Source: Parvularia atlantis | Lineage: Eukaryota | DNA: 46,201 nucleotides | Direction of reading: 5' to 3' | Assembly (NCBI GenBank): GCA_943704415.1 | Contig: CALSCO010000546.1 | Location: 1-46,201, forward strand | Shown: piece after piece, positions 1-11,492 of the stretch | How positions within the stretch are numbered: position 1 is the stretch's first letter | How the letters are laid out: the number at the start of each line of letters is the position of its first letter | The notes under the pieces: model-generated | Seen by the model: only the letters and a program-made list of their open reading frames with translations | The model's database searches: none | Told to the model about the DNA's origin: nothing | Made by a program: the position numbers and the translations under genes

Positions 1-34
1 GGGGGGGCGCTTACGGCCGTGCGGGCGTGCGCAG

Positions 35-1999
35 TGCAAGGGGAGGCACACGCGGCGGTACCTCGACGGCGCGCACGCCATCGTCATGGTTTTTGACGTG
101 GGCAACCTCAAGAGCGTGCAGGCCGTGGACGAGTGGCGGCTCGTGATCGAGCACACGTTCTCCGTGCGCGCTCGCTCGCGCAGCCCTCATGTCGCTGTCA
201 CCGTGACTGACGTGGGCACACCGCGCGCAGGGCCGCGGCGCCATCAATGGCGTTAAACTCAGCAGCCTCAGCCTGCCCGTCTTCGCCCCCGGCGCGCTGC
301 AGCAGCGCCCGCCGATGATCCTCCTCGCCAACAAGAGCGACGAGGGCCGGACGGTGATCAAGCCGGGCGACCTGGACGTCGTGCGTGCGACGACGGCGAC
401 GCGGGCGCACGCTGACAGAGCGCTCCGGGCAGTACGTGCGCAAGTGCGGCTACCTGAGCTGGCACCTCGTCTCGGCGCGCACGGGTTCGCCCGCGCCTGC
501 GCCTGCGTGTGCGCGCCGGCCTTACGCGTCGCGCGCAGGCCACAATGTCGTCGAGGCCATCTCGTCGCTGCTGGAGCAGGTTGTCGACCAGGTCGCTTAC
601 GAGCGCCTCACGGCCAAGTGCCAGCGTCAGCTCGCCGAGTCGTATCGGCGGAACCTCAAGGCGCCGACCGTGCTCGACGTGGCCACATACAGCGCCGACG
701 GTGCGCCCGAGAAGGCCTCGCACGGTGCGTACACTGTTCACGCACGAGCGCGGCAGGTGCGGACGACGGCGCGTCGCAGCGCGGCTCGCACACGACCTCG
801 CCCATGCGCGTCGGCACGCCGTCGCCGTCGATCGCCATGCGGTAGCGAGGCACCACGCCAAAGCGTGTCGTTGCTGACGCAGCGCGTGCGCAGGCGGCAC
901 ACGAGCGAGCGGGGGCCGTCGTCGTCGTCCATGGAGGGCGCTGCTGGCAGCGTCGCCTCGTCGTTCCGCAGCCTCGCGCCGGCCGAGCTGGCCGTAGTGG
1001 GCCGCGATCGCAGCCTCTCGATCAGCTCGTCGATGCCGTCGCTGCGCGAGCTCGAGGTGCGCACGCGCCGTACCGTACGCACACAATTGACACCACTTTG
1101 CCAGAACCGCGGCAACGACTTTTACCTCCGTCTCGAGCGGCAGCTTCAGCGCTACGCCGGCCTGGTCTCGCCCGCGCGGCGGGCCGACGTGAGCGTGCTC
1201 GAGTCGCGGGTGCGCGCTGTGGCCGTGGTGCAGGCGCCGCTGACACGTTCGGTCGCCGTCGCAGCGCACGACCGAGTACGCCACGTTCAAGCGGCGCTGC
1301 CTCGACATCGCTAACCAGGTCGTGTCGCTCGGGCTGGACGGCGCAATGGAGCTGCCGGCGCTGGGCAGGAGGTGGGCCCGAGCGCGCACAACACACGCAC
1401 GCTGCTGACGACGCGCCCCGCGCAGCGACGACGTCGTCAACCAGCACGCGGAGCTCAACCTGCTGCTGACCGAGGCGGTCAACAAGTGGCGCCAGGTTGC
1501 GCGTGCGCACGGCGCGCGGGCGCGAGCCGCTGACCTGTGGCACACAGTTGCTGGACCAGCTGCACCTCGAGCTCGTGCTCGAGCACCGCCCGCACAGCCT
1601 GGCCATGGGCGCGTCGAGCCCGCTTGACGGCGACGAGTGCGCCGACCGCCGCACTGCCGTCCGTCGCTGACGCACACGCGCGCGCGAAAGCAGCACCGGC
1701 AACGACGACCTGCTCAGCCACGGCTCGTCGCGCATGTCGGTCACGTCGGCCGAGGTGCGCAGCGCGCCGGCTTTGCGTTCGCCGCGTGGCTCATCGCCGC
1801 TCGACCCGCGCAGGCCGCGCACGACGGCTCGCGGCGGTCGTCGCTATCCGTAGAGGCCGCCCTGGCCGTGTCGCCCAACGCGCTTAGCCCGCCGTCGGCC
1901 GCGCGCTGGCTGCACGACACCGAGGCCGCCGGGTCCGCGGGCGAGGCACCGGGGCGGCGGCGCTTTGGCTTTGGCTACCGGCACAATGCACAAAGCTGA
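35..1999 (+). CDS. Rab32/Rab38/Rab29-like small GTPase domain with long C-terminal extension (5' end outside window; multi-exon)
   Basis: Spliced translation RRYLDGAHAIVMVFDVGNLKSVQAVDEW...ILLANKSDEGR...YVRKCGYLSWHLVSARTGHNVVEAISSLL shows G4 (NKxD) and G5 (SAR) in a Rab32-like context. The frame continues through ~11 GT-AG introns to FGFGYRHNAQS-TGA at 1997-1999. Confidence 0.7.
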
Positions 2000-2003
2000 G
2001 CAT

Positions 2004-3576
2004 TCACAGGCCCAGGTCCATGCTGTCCTCGGCGAAAACCCACTGCCGCAGCGTCTCATCGTACCCGCACGACCAGAGGCAGCCGCGCGCCGGGTCGAAG
2101 CTCAGGTCGCGCACGTTCTTCGTATGGTCGTCGAGCGTGTAAACGATCGAGCGGTTGGCGACCTCGAACGCGCAGATGAGGCGGTCCTGCGGCGCGGCTG
2201 AGCGAAGCGCGCACGCGCGGCTGATGCACGCACCCTCGACGTCACCCAGAAGTACTTGCCCGACGGGTGCCACGCCACACGCGGCTGGCTGTACTCGTTG
2301 TTGTCAACGCCGTAAAAGTTGAGCACCTGGTCCTCCGACAGCGTGCGGAAGAGGATGAGGCGCGACTTGTCTGTGGCGACGAGCAGGTACTTGCCGTCGG
2401 GCGAGAAGGCCGCTGCGGCGGCGAGCGCGCGTGAGCCAGCTTGTGTACAGCCCGCGCGCGTGATTGCGCACTCTCGATCGCCGTGAAGCTCACAAAGTCG
2501 TCCTTGTTGGCGTTCATGTTGAAGCGCTGCACCGACAAGTCCGCCAGGTTGACGTAATGCAGGTAGTTGTCGTCGCGCACGGTCAGCACCATCTGCGTGC
2601 CGTCGGGCGTGAAGCTGACGGTCTGCGGCGCAGGCGGGGGTCAGCAGGCGCACGCCCGCGGGGTCAAACGAGCGAGCGCGCCTCAGCGTTGCCACGCAGC
2701 GGGAAGCGGTGCACGAGGTCGAAGCGTGTGGCGTCGTCGGCGCGCGCGCGGTACAGGCACGCGGTCTTGTCGTACGAGCACGTGGCAAAGTGGCGCCCGT
2801 CCGGCGACCCTGGGTGCGCGCATGTGAGCCCGACGAGCGAGGCGCGACGCCGGGCGCAGACGCACACTTGCACCGGACGACGTACTTGTGGTGGTCCTTC
2901 CACGACTGCACGACCGCGCGGTCATCCGGCACGTCAATGTCGAGCAGATGGTGCGTGCCGTCCATGCTGCACGTGAGCAGGAGGTTGGGCAGCGTCGGGT
3001 GGAAGTCGACGCCGAGCACGCCAGCCTTGTGGTGCTGCAGCGTGCGCACGACGCGGCCCGAGGGCAGGTCGACGATTCGCACGGTGCGGTCGGTGCCGCC
3101 CGACGCGAGCACGTCGCGCGCGGCGTTGGCCCGCACGGTCAGGATGTTGCCGATGTGCGTGCCGGTGATCGTGCGCTCGAGCGCGTTCGGGATGCGGCGG
3201 TCGCCGGGCTGAGCGAGAGCCTCATCATCGCTGCGCTGCTCTCTGCGCGCGCGCCTCGGCCGTGAGGTGTACGCGAGGTGGGGGCGAGGCGGCTGCGAAT
3301 TGGGAAGGCGCACTTGCTGCGCATGCTCAGGCCGGCCATGCGCGCGGTCAGCTGCGCCTCGGCATGCTGGTTGAGGATCGCCATTAGCTCGCCCGAGGGC
3401 ACGGCATGGTGCACAAAGTCCTGCTGCGACTCCTCCTGCAGCGCGCTCAGCGTCAGCTCGAAGCCCTGCTCCTTGAGGAAGTGCTGCGGGCGGGCGGAGC
3501 GGCGGTCAGCGGGTTCGCCCGCGCCGTCACCCAACGCGCGCGCCTGCACGAGCGTGATCACACGCCGTGTGTCCAT
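2004..3576 (-). CDS. LisH-motif WD40-repeat protein
   Basis: N-terminal MDTRRVITLVQ|HFLKEQGFELTLSALQEES is a LisH motif after removing GC-AG intron 3484-3543. WD repeats follow: LASGGTDRTVRIVD, LLTCSMDGT, WSPDGRHFATCSYDKT, FSPDGKYLLV, WHPSGKYF, LWSCGYDETLRQW. Confidence 0.85.
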
Positions 3577-3818
3577 GCCCACATGCACTAATGTTTTTCC
3601 GCTTTTAGCAGCACGTTGCCCTTCTCGTTCCCGTGGCGTGCCGCGCACTGCCTGCCGCCGCGTCGGCTGCGGTCTCACCCGGGGCCGCCCCTCACCCCGC
3701 TCGGCGCGCACAGCAACTGCAGCTCCAGCAGCCGCGCACGTGCGCGACGCGGCCGGGCATCGACGCAGCGCCCCACCGCCACCACCACCACCACTACAAA
3801 GCAACGACGACCCGCGGG

Positions 3819-6800
3819 ATGGCCGCGCCGCCCGTGTTGCGCATCGACACGGCCGCGTCGGCCGCGGCCGGGCCACCGCCGATCGAGAACGACGAGGTCC
3901 GCGCCGCGTACGCGTTCGTGCGCGCCGAGGGCGGCCCGCAGCGGTGGTGCGACGCGCCGCTGATGTGACCGGCACTGCGCGCTTAACCCCCCCCCTCTTC
4001 CCTCTTCCCTCCCCCAGGCTCGTGCTCGAGAACAAGCGCACGGGGATGTGCCTCAAGGCCAGCGGCGAGGGCGGCCTGGACGTGCTCCGGGCGCAGTTTG
4101 AGGGCAACGACGCGCAGATCCTCTTCGGCTACACGCGCCTGACCGACCCCCACCAGCACACGCCCGTCTACGTCGTGCTCTCGTTCATGCACCCGCGCGC
4201 CTCGAGCATCCAGAAGGCGCGGCGGTCCGTCGCCATGCAGCTGATCACGTCGCTCTTCGAGGTGCGCGCCGCTCGCCCGCCGCGCCACGAGCCCTCAGCG
4301 CCCTGTGCGCGTGCGCGCAGAATGCCGCCGTGTTCACGTTCAGCGACCTGGCCGAGCTCAGCGAGGAGCTGGTGCTGCAGAAGACCGCGCAGAAGGCGAC
4401 GTCGCCGTCGCTGCAGAACCGCTCAAGCTTTCTGCGCACGCTGCGCTCGCTCCGCAGCAACGGCGGTGCGCGCACACGGAGGGCCTTAGGCGGGGGCTGA
4501 CAACGACGACGCAGTGCTCATTGACCCGTCCACGCCCGTGTTTGCACCGCGGCCCGGCGTGCCGCAGTACGACGGGCAAGAAGCGTCGCGCAGCAGCGAG
4601 CAGCTCGACGCGCCGGCCCAGCCCACGCGCGACGAGTCCACGCCGACCAACATCGTCCCGCCCGTCATTGCCGAGCCCGACGACGGCCGCGATGACAACA
4701 AGGGCTCGGCACCGCACCCGCCCGCGCCCGCCACGCCCGCAGACGACGCAGAGGGCCTGCTCTCGCCCGACTCGGAGCCGCACACGCCCAGCAGTGCTCT
4801 CGAAGCAAGGCGCGACAGCGAAGGCAAGTCGCCGCGCAAGCGCACGATCAAGGCCAAGGCCAAGGAGAAGGAGAAGGCCAAGGCTGAGCGCGACAAGGAC
4901 TTGGCCGAGAAAGAAGCGGCGGCCGCCAGCGCGTCTGCCGCGCCCGTCGTCGTCGTCGCCGCCCCTACGCCGACCGAGCCCGAGCCCGCCACGCCGACCA
5001 CGGCCACGGCCTCGCCCATGGACGAGGGCGACGCGTCCAGGAAGAAGCTCAAGGGCAGCGGCACGAAGAAGGCCAAGACGTGCGCGCCACCCAACGCTGC
5101 AGTGCTGTGGCCCCGCTGACGTCGCCGTTCGTTGCCGTGCGACAGCAGCCCCAGGCCATCCGACGACAAGGTCATCACGACGATCACGACCGAGATAAAG
5201 ATGCTCAACGTTGAGGAGGCGGTGAGTGGCGAATCGCGCGCGCCTCTTCTCGCCACAGCCTCGTGACGCGCCGTCCTCGCATCGCCCAGCCCGCCGAGCC
5301 CAAGCCCAAGCTCAACCGCGTCGCGTCGAAGAAGTCCGGCAAGAGCAAGTCCGGCACGGGACGGAAGGCGAGCGTGAGTGGGGATGACGCGCCCGAGAGC
5401 GCGCAGGCCTCCGCCTCGACGCCGGCCGGTGCGCCCCTTCCCGCGCTACTGCCGCGGGTAGCGGCACTGAGCACGCCGTGCACGCGCACACCAGCAGAGG
5501 GTGAGGCGCTGCTGACGATCAAGATCGACTACGCTGAGGAGACCGGGCCGCACGCGAGCTCGGCAGCACCGCCGTCGTCGTCCGGGTCCGAAAAGTCGGA
5601 TGCGGCGCCGCCGCCCGACAAGCGCAAGTCGGCGATCAACAGCGCGCTCGGGCGCAAGGACTCGGCCAAGTGCGCCCGCGTGCCGCGGCCTGCCCGGCAC
5701 AGCACAAGCTGACGGTCGCGCGACGCAGGCGCAAGGCCAACTCGCTCACGCAATTTGACGCGATCAAGTTCAAGGGGTCGCGCAGCGATCCCGCCCTGAT
5801 CGCCGAGGCCGACCGCGCCTAGTATGCACGCGCTTGCCCGGCCCCAGGGCGTCGCGACGGCTGACCGTGTGCGCCTACGCGTGCGCTCAGCGATGCCTTG
5901 TCGGCCGCGCACCGCAAGCAGGTGTCGGAGGACCCGGGCGTGACGCACACGCGCGGGCTGTCTGTGGCGTCGTCGGAGGTGCGCCTCGACCGGGGACGCG
6001 ATCGTGCGCGTGTGCGCTGACCTGCCCGATGCGATGCGCGCACACAGGAGGGCGAGACGTACGTGGCCAAGGTGGACCACCTCGCGTCGACCCTGGACGA
6101 GCTCATGTTCCTCAAGGGCGAGCTGATCTACGTGATCGACAAGTCGTCCGACCTCGAGTGGCGGGTGCGTGCGGGTGCGTGCGTCGCGGCCGTGCTGACA
6201 CGCGCGCCTGTGCCGATCAGGGAATCTGCTCCGGCGTGGAGGGCAAGCTCGACCCGAACGACGTCATGCCGTGGACCGGCACAAGTGAGTCCATCGCGTC
6301 GACCTCGCCCGCGCCGAGCGAGCCCGAGGACGACGGTGCGCCTCTGCGCGCGCCAGGCGTCGCGAACCTGACGCACGCGTGCACGCACTATGCAGACCAC
6401 GACAAGCGCTCGACCTCGACCAAGGACAGCGCCTCGAACGCGCTCAACGACTATGAGGACATGACGATCGAGAGTGCGATCGAGTGGCTCGACGACGCGG
6501 GCTTCCCGCAGTACGCGGACAAGTTTGAGGGTGTGTGCGCAGTGCGTGGGCGTGCGACCGGGCGCTCACCGGTGCGCGCGGGTGCAGACGGCGAGCTGGT
6601 TGACGAAAACTTCATTGTACAGTCGCACGAGCTGCTGTCGAGCGTGCAGCTGCAGGCGCTGCTGCGGCGCGTGCGGGTGCGTTTGCCTCGGCCGGGTTGT
6701 GAGCGGCGCTGACGCGTGCGCGCAGTTCCTCAACCTCTCGCTCGAGAACGAGTTTCTCACGCTGCAGGGCGGCAAGATCCCGTCCGCTGGGCCAGAGACG

Positions 6801-8441
6801 GCCGACGACGAGCAGCCGATGCACACGCGCAAGTCCAACCCGTTCAGGCTACCGGCTGTGCGCCTCGCCTCGCGGCGCTGTGGCTAGAATCGCGCCTGAC
6901 ACGACCGTGCTCGTGCACGCGCAGATCCGCAAGATGTTCAGCGCGAGCACCGAGTCGGACAAGGACGCCAAGCTGAAGGAGTTCCGGGACCGGATGAAGC
7001 GCTCGCCGTCCAAGCGGCGCGTGCGGCAAAAGATGATCTCGGAGCTGTCGCAGGAGGAGGTGCGCGCGTGCGCTCTCTTTGCACTGGCTCGCGGCTGACT
7101 GGCACACGCGCGTGCCCAAGCTCGTGCACGCGGAGAAGCTTGCGCTGCTGCAGTTTACGGGCATGGTCGAGCAGCGCGGGTCAAGGCTGCGCGACAACTG
7201 GAAGTGGACGATCGACACGCTCAAGAAGACAATCTCGGCCGAAAAGCCCAAAGGTGCGCCACTGCGCTCGCGGGCACGCAGCCGCCCTGACCGCGGTGTG
7301 CAGCGACCGACTCGAAGGCCGTCTTTGGCGTGGAGTTATCGGATACGGTCGCCAAGCGCGGCGTGCGCACGACGTGGTCGCACGGCTTCATCCCGCTCTT
7401 CCTCAAGAACCTGATCGAGTTCTTGAGCCGCGAGGGTGCGCGCTTGCAGGGCGGGGCATACGAGCGCAGGCTCACGCGCACGTGCCGCAGGCATCAACAC
7501 CGAGGGCATCTTCCGCGTGCCGGGCAATACGAAGCGCATCGAGCAGCTGCGCGAGCAGTGCGACAAGACAGGCGGGCCACTCGACCTGCACGGCGAGAAA
7601 GTGCACGTGCGTGGCGGCCGGGGCGGCGGCTGGCGTCTGCGGCGCGAATGAACCCACACACGACCCACACACACGCGGGGGGGGGGCGCACAGGATGTGG
7701 CGGGCCTGCTGAAAAAGTACCTCGCCGAGCTGCCGGACCCGCTGTTCACGTCGGACCTGTACAGAAACTACGCCGCCGTGGACAGTGCGTCGGCGGCAGG
7801 CGCTGTAGCGCCCGCGCTCACCTCACCCCGCGCGGCCCCGCAGAGCTGCCCGGCAAGAAGGAGCAGCTGCAGGCGCTGCAGCTGCTGTCGATCATGCTGC
7901 CGGTGGCGCACCGCGACCTGGCCGCGGTCATGCTCAAATTCATGGCGCTCATCAGCAACAACAAGTGCGTGCCCCGCCCGCGCCGCCTGTGCAGATCGCG
8001 TGCTGACGGCGGCGCGGCGCCCAGCGCGGTCAACAAGATGACGCCGGACAACGTCGCCATTTGCCTCGGCCCTGCGCTGTTCCGCGACGCGCGGTGCGCT
8101 TCAGGGAAGGCCGCACTTACAGTGCTTGTGGGCTGAGCGTGCGCCGCAGGGACAAGCCCTCGCTCATCACCGACTCGAAGCGGGCGATGGAGAAGGAGGC
8201 CGAGCGGCAACGCGCGATCCGCAAGGTGCTCACGCTCATGATCGAGAACCAGTCGCTGCTGTGGCAGGTGCCGCTCGAGCTGCAGGAGCAGCTCGAGGAC
8301 GCGAGCCTGAGCAAGCCGCCAGCGTGCGTGTGAACGCCCCCCGGCCGACTGCTCTCGCAACTCACGCGGTGGGTGGCGCACAGCATGCGCAGCAACACCA
8401 CCAGCTTCCCGCGCAGCACGAGCGGGAGCGTCGTACCATGA
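3819..8441 (+). CDS. Multidomain RhoGAP: ADF-H (coactosin-like) - low complexity - SH3 - SAM (DLC1-type) - RhoGAP
   Basis: The frame is continuous across ~20 introns. ADF-H: NDEVRAAYAFVRAEGGPQRWLVL...ILFGYTRL...FTFSDLAELSEELVLQK. SH3: DELMFLKGELIYVIDKSSDLEWRGICSGVEG. SAM: AIEWLDDAGFPQYADKFE...HELLSSVQLQALLRRVRFLN. RhoGAP: VFGVEL...TEGIFRVPGN (Arg finger)...DVAGLLKKYLAELPDPLF...NKMTPDNVAICLGPALF. Confidence 0.88.
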
Positions 8442-8543
8442 GCCGTGCTGCCCTTCCTGCTCTTTTGTCCCACCCGCTCGCTCGATGTGTCTTCCCTCTC
8501 GTGTCCACCCACGTCGGTCCGTCGTTGTCGTTTTTTAGGTCGA

Positions 8544-9009
8544 ATGCGGCTGCTGCCGATCCGCGCGCGGATGATCCCCGCCGCCCGGCACCTGTCGCAG
8601 GCGGCCGGGCCGGGGCAAGGGCCCACCGCCGCCGCCCGCCCGCCCGAGCCCCGGCGGCTGGACATGGCGCAGTACACGCAGGACCGCGTGAGGAACTTCT
8701 CCATCATTGCGCACATCGACCACGGCAAGAGGTGCGCTGCCGTGTGCCCGCGCGTGGTGCGGCGCTGACGGGGGCGCAGCACCCTCGCCGACCGCCTGCT
8801 CGAGCTGACGGGCACGATTCGCGTGGGGACGGGCGCCAACTACAACCGGCAGGTGCTCGACAAGCTCAAGGTCGAGCGCGAGCGCGGGATCAGTGCGCGC
8901 AGCTCCCACACGGTCGGCATCTGCGTGCTCATCTGCGCGCGGCACCGCAGCCGTCAAGGCGCAGACCGCGTCGATGTTCTACGCGCACGGCGGCCAGACG
9001 TACCTGCTT

Positions 9010-9042
<33 letters not shown>

Positions 9043-11372
9043 ACGTACGAGGTCACGCGGTCGATGGCGGCCTGCCAGGGCGCGGTGTGGCGGCGCGCAC
9101 CCGGCCCGTGTCGCGTCTGAACGCCCGCGCGCGCGCCCAAGGTGCTGCTCGTCGACGCCAACCAGGGCATCCAGGCGCAGACGCTCGCCAACTACCTCCT
9201 CGCCATCACGAACGACCTCACGGTCGTGCCCGTGCTCAACAAGGCGTGTGCGGTGCGCACGCGCGGCACCGGCGGCTGACGTGCGCACGCACAGATCGAC
9301 CTGCCCAGCGCCGACCCCGACGGCGTCGCGCGGCAGGTGCAGGCCAACATGGGCATTGACACGACCAACATCATCCGCGTGCGCCCTGCCCGCGCCCGCC
9401 GACGCGACCCGCTCAGGCGCCCCGCAGATCTCCGCCAAGACCAACACCAACATCGCAGCCGTGCTGGCGGCCGTCATCGAACACGTGCCCAGGTCTGCCA
9501 CGCTTCGTGCCCGCTTGCTAATGTGTGCTGACCGCAACACGTGGCCGGCAGCCCGAGCGGGTCTCGGGACGCGCTGCTGCGCGCGCTGCTGTTCGACTCG
9601 TGGTTTGACGAGTACCGCGGCGTCATCTGCCTGGTCAACGTCGTCGACGGCGTGCTGCGCAAGGGTGGGTGCGTGCGGTTGCGTGGTCACCAGTGCGTGA
9701 CAGAGCGTGCGCAGGCGACCGCATCATCGCGGCCGCGACCGAGGCCAAGTACGAGGTGCACGAGATCGGCATCATGCACCCGGAGCAGACGCCGACCGAC
9801 GTCCTGTGCGCGCCGTGCGGCGTGCACACAGCGGCTGACCAGCACGACGCAGCTTCGCGGGCCAGGTCGGGTACGTCATTCTCGGCATGAAGTCGGCCAA
9901 GGAGGCGCGCGTGGGCGACACGTTCTACCACCTGAAGAAGCCCGTCGAGCCGCTGCCCGGGTTCCAGCCGGCCAAGCCGATGGTGCGTGCGCGCGCGCAG
10001 GTGCAACCTCGTAACGACGTGCGCGTCACAGGTGTTTGCGGGCATCTTCCCGTCGGACGCAGACGAGTTTGACAAGCTGGCCGAGGCGCTCGACCGGTTG
10101 ACGCTTAACGACAACAGCGTCACCGTGCAGAAGGAGACGAGGTGGGCCGCGCCGGTCGGTCGCCGTGTGTGCTCAGCCACTGGCGCCGTCCAGTGTCGCG
10201 CTCGGCCAGGGCTGGCGCATCGGCTTCCTCGGCTTGCTGCACATGGACGTGTTTATCCAGCGACTCGAGCAAGAGCACAACTCAACCGTGATCGCGACCG
10301 CGCCCACCGTGCCGTACAAAGGTGCGTGCGTACTTACGTGCGCGCGTGTGTGGGGGGCTGAGCAGGCCGTGTGCATATAGCGATCGACCGCGACGGCGCC
10401 GAGACGATCATTAAGAACCCGGCCGAGTTCCCCGACGACGCCGATCTCAAGCAGACGCGGTTCGAAGAGCCCACAGTCAACGCGACGCTCATTTTCCCCA
10501 AGGAGTACCTCGGGGCGCTCATCACGCTGTGCGAGGTGCGCTGCGCACGGCTGCGGCGCGCGCGCGCGCGCACGGCGGTGACGCGCGTACAGGAGCGCCG
10601 CGGCGAGCAGCTCGAGATGTCGTTTATCAGCGACACGCGCGTGCTCATGCGCTACCGCCTGCCGCTGAGTGAGCTGGTGACGGACTTTTACGACGAGATC
10701 AAGTCGATCACAGCCGGGTACGTGTCGATGGACTACGAGGAGGCCGGGTACCAGAAGGCGCCGCTGTGCAAGGTGCGCGAGTGTGCTCGTGCGTACTGCA
10801 CGTTTAGCCGACTGAGCCGCGCGGGCCTCCCGCCAGCTGAGCATCCTGCTCAACGGCAAGCCGGTGGACGCGCTGTCGGCGATCGTTCACCGCGACCACA
10901 GCGTGCGCCTCGGCAAGGACCTCGTGCACCGGCTGAAGGACTCGATCCCTCGGTGCGCATACGTGCCTGCACGCACGCGCACCTGGCTGACACGCACGCA
11001 CGAGGCAACTGTACGAGGTGACGATCCAGGCGGCCGTGGGCGTCGGCGCAAACAAGATCCTGGCGCGCGAGAGCCTGTCGGCGCTGCGCAAGAACGTGAC
11101 GGCGCGCTGCGTGCGTCTCGGGGGGCGGCGCCTGCATGGTCGGTGCGCGCGCCTGACATGGGCGCAGTACGGCGGCGACGTCACACGCAAGATGAAGCTG
11201 CTCAACAAGCAAAAGGAGGGCAAGAAAAAAATGAAGACGATCGGGACGGTCGAGGTGCGCTCGCCCGCCCGCGTCCACTGTCGTCGCCGTCCTCACCGCC
11301 GCCCCGTAGCTGCCGCACTCCACCTTCATCGACATCATGCGCAAGCGGCCCGGCCAGAAGCCGCCATCGTGA
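8544..11372 (+). CDS. GUF1: Mitochondrial translation factor GUF1 (LepA/EF4)
   Basis: Motifs [88 protein letters not shown]. The N-terminus is an Arg-rich, acid-free presequence. Confidence 0.97.
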
Positions 11373-11492
11373 TTGACCCCCATGCACATGTGCCACCAGC
11401 ACGCACAGACGTGAACATGCACCAACAACAACGCGCGGCTGTGCAGTGATTTCCAGCCGTGCATGCTTTTCTTTTGCAGCCGCGCCGCGGCA

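Noticed and set aside
725..756. Possible 32-nt micro-intron in the Rab-like gene
   Set aside because: A same-phase GTGCGC donor at 701 gives a typical 56-nt intron.
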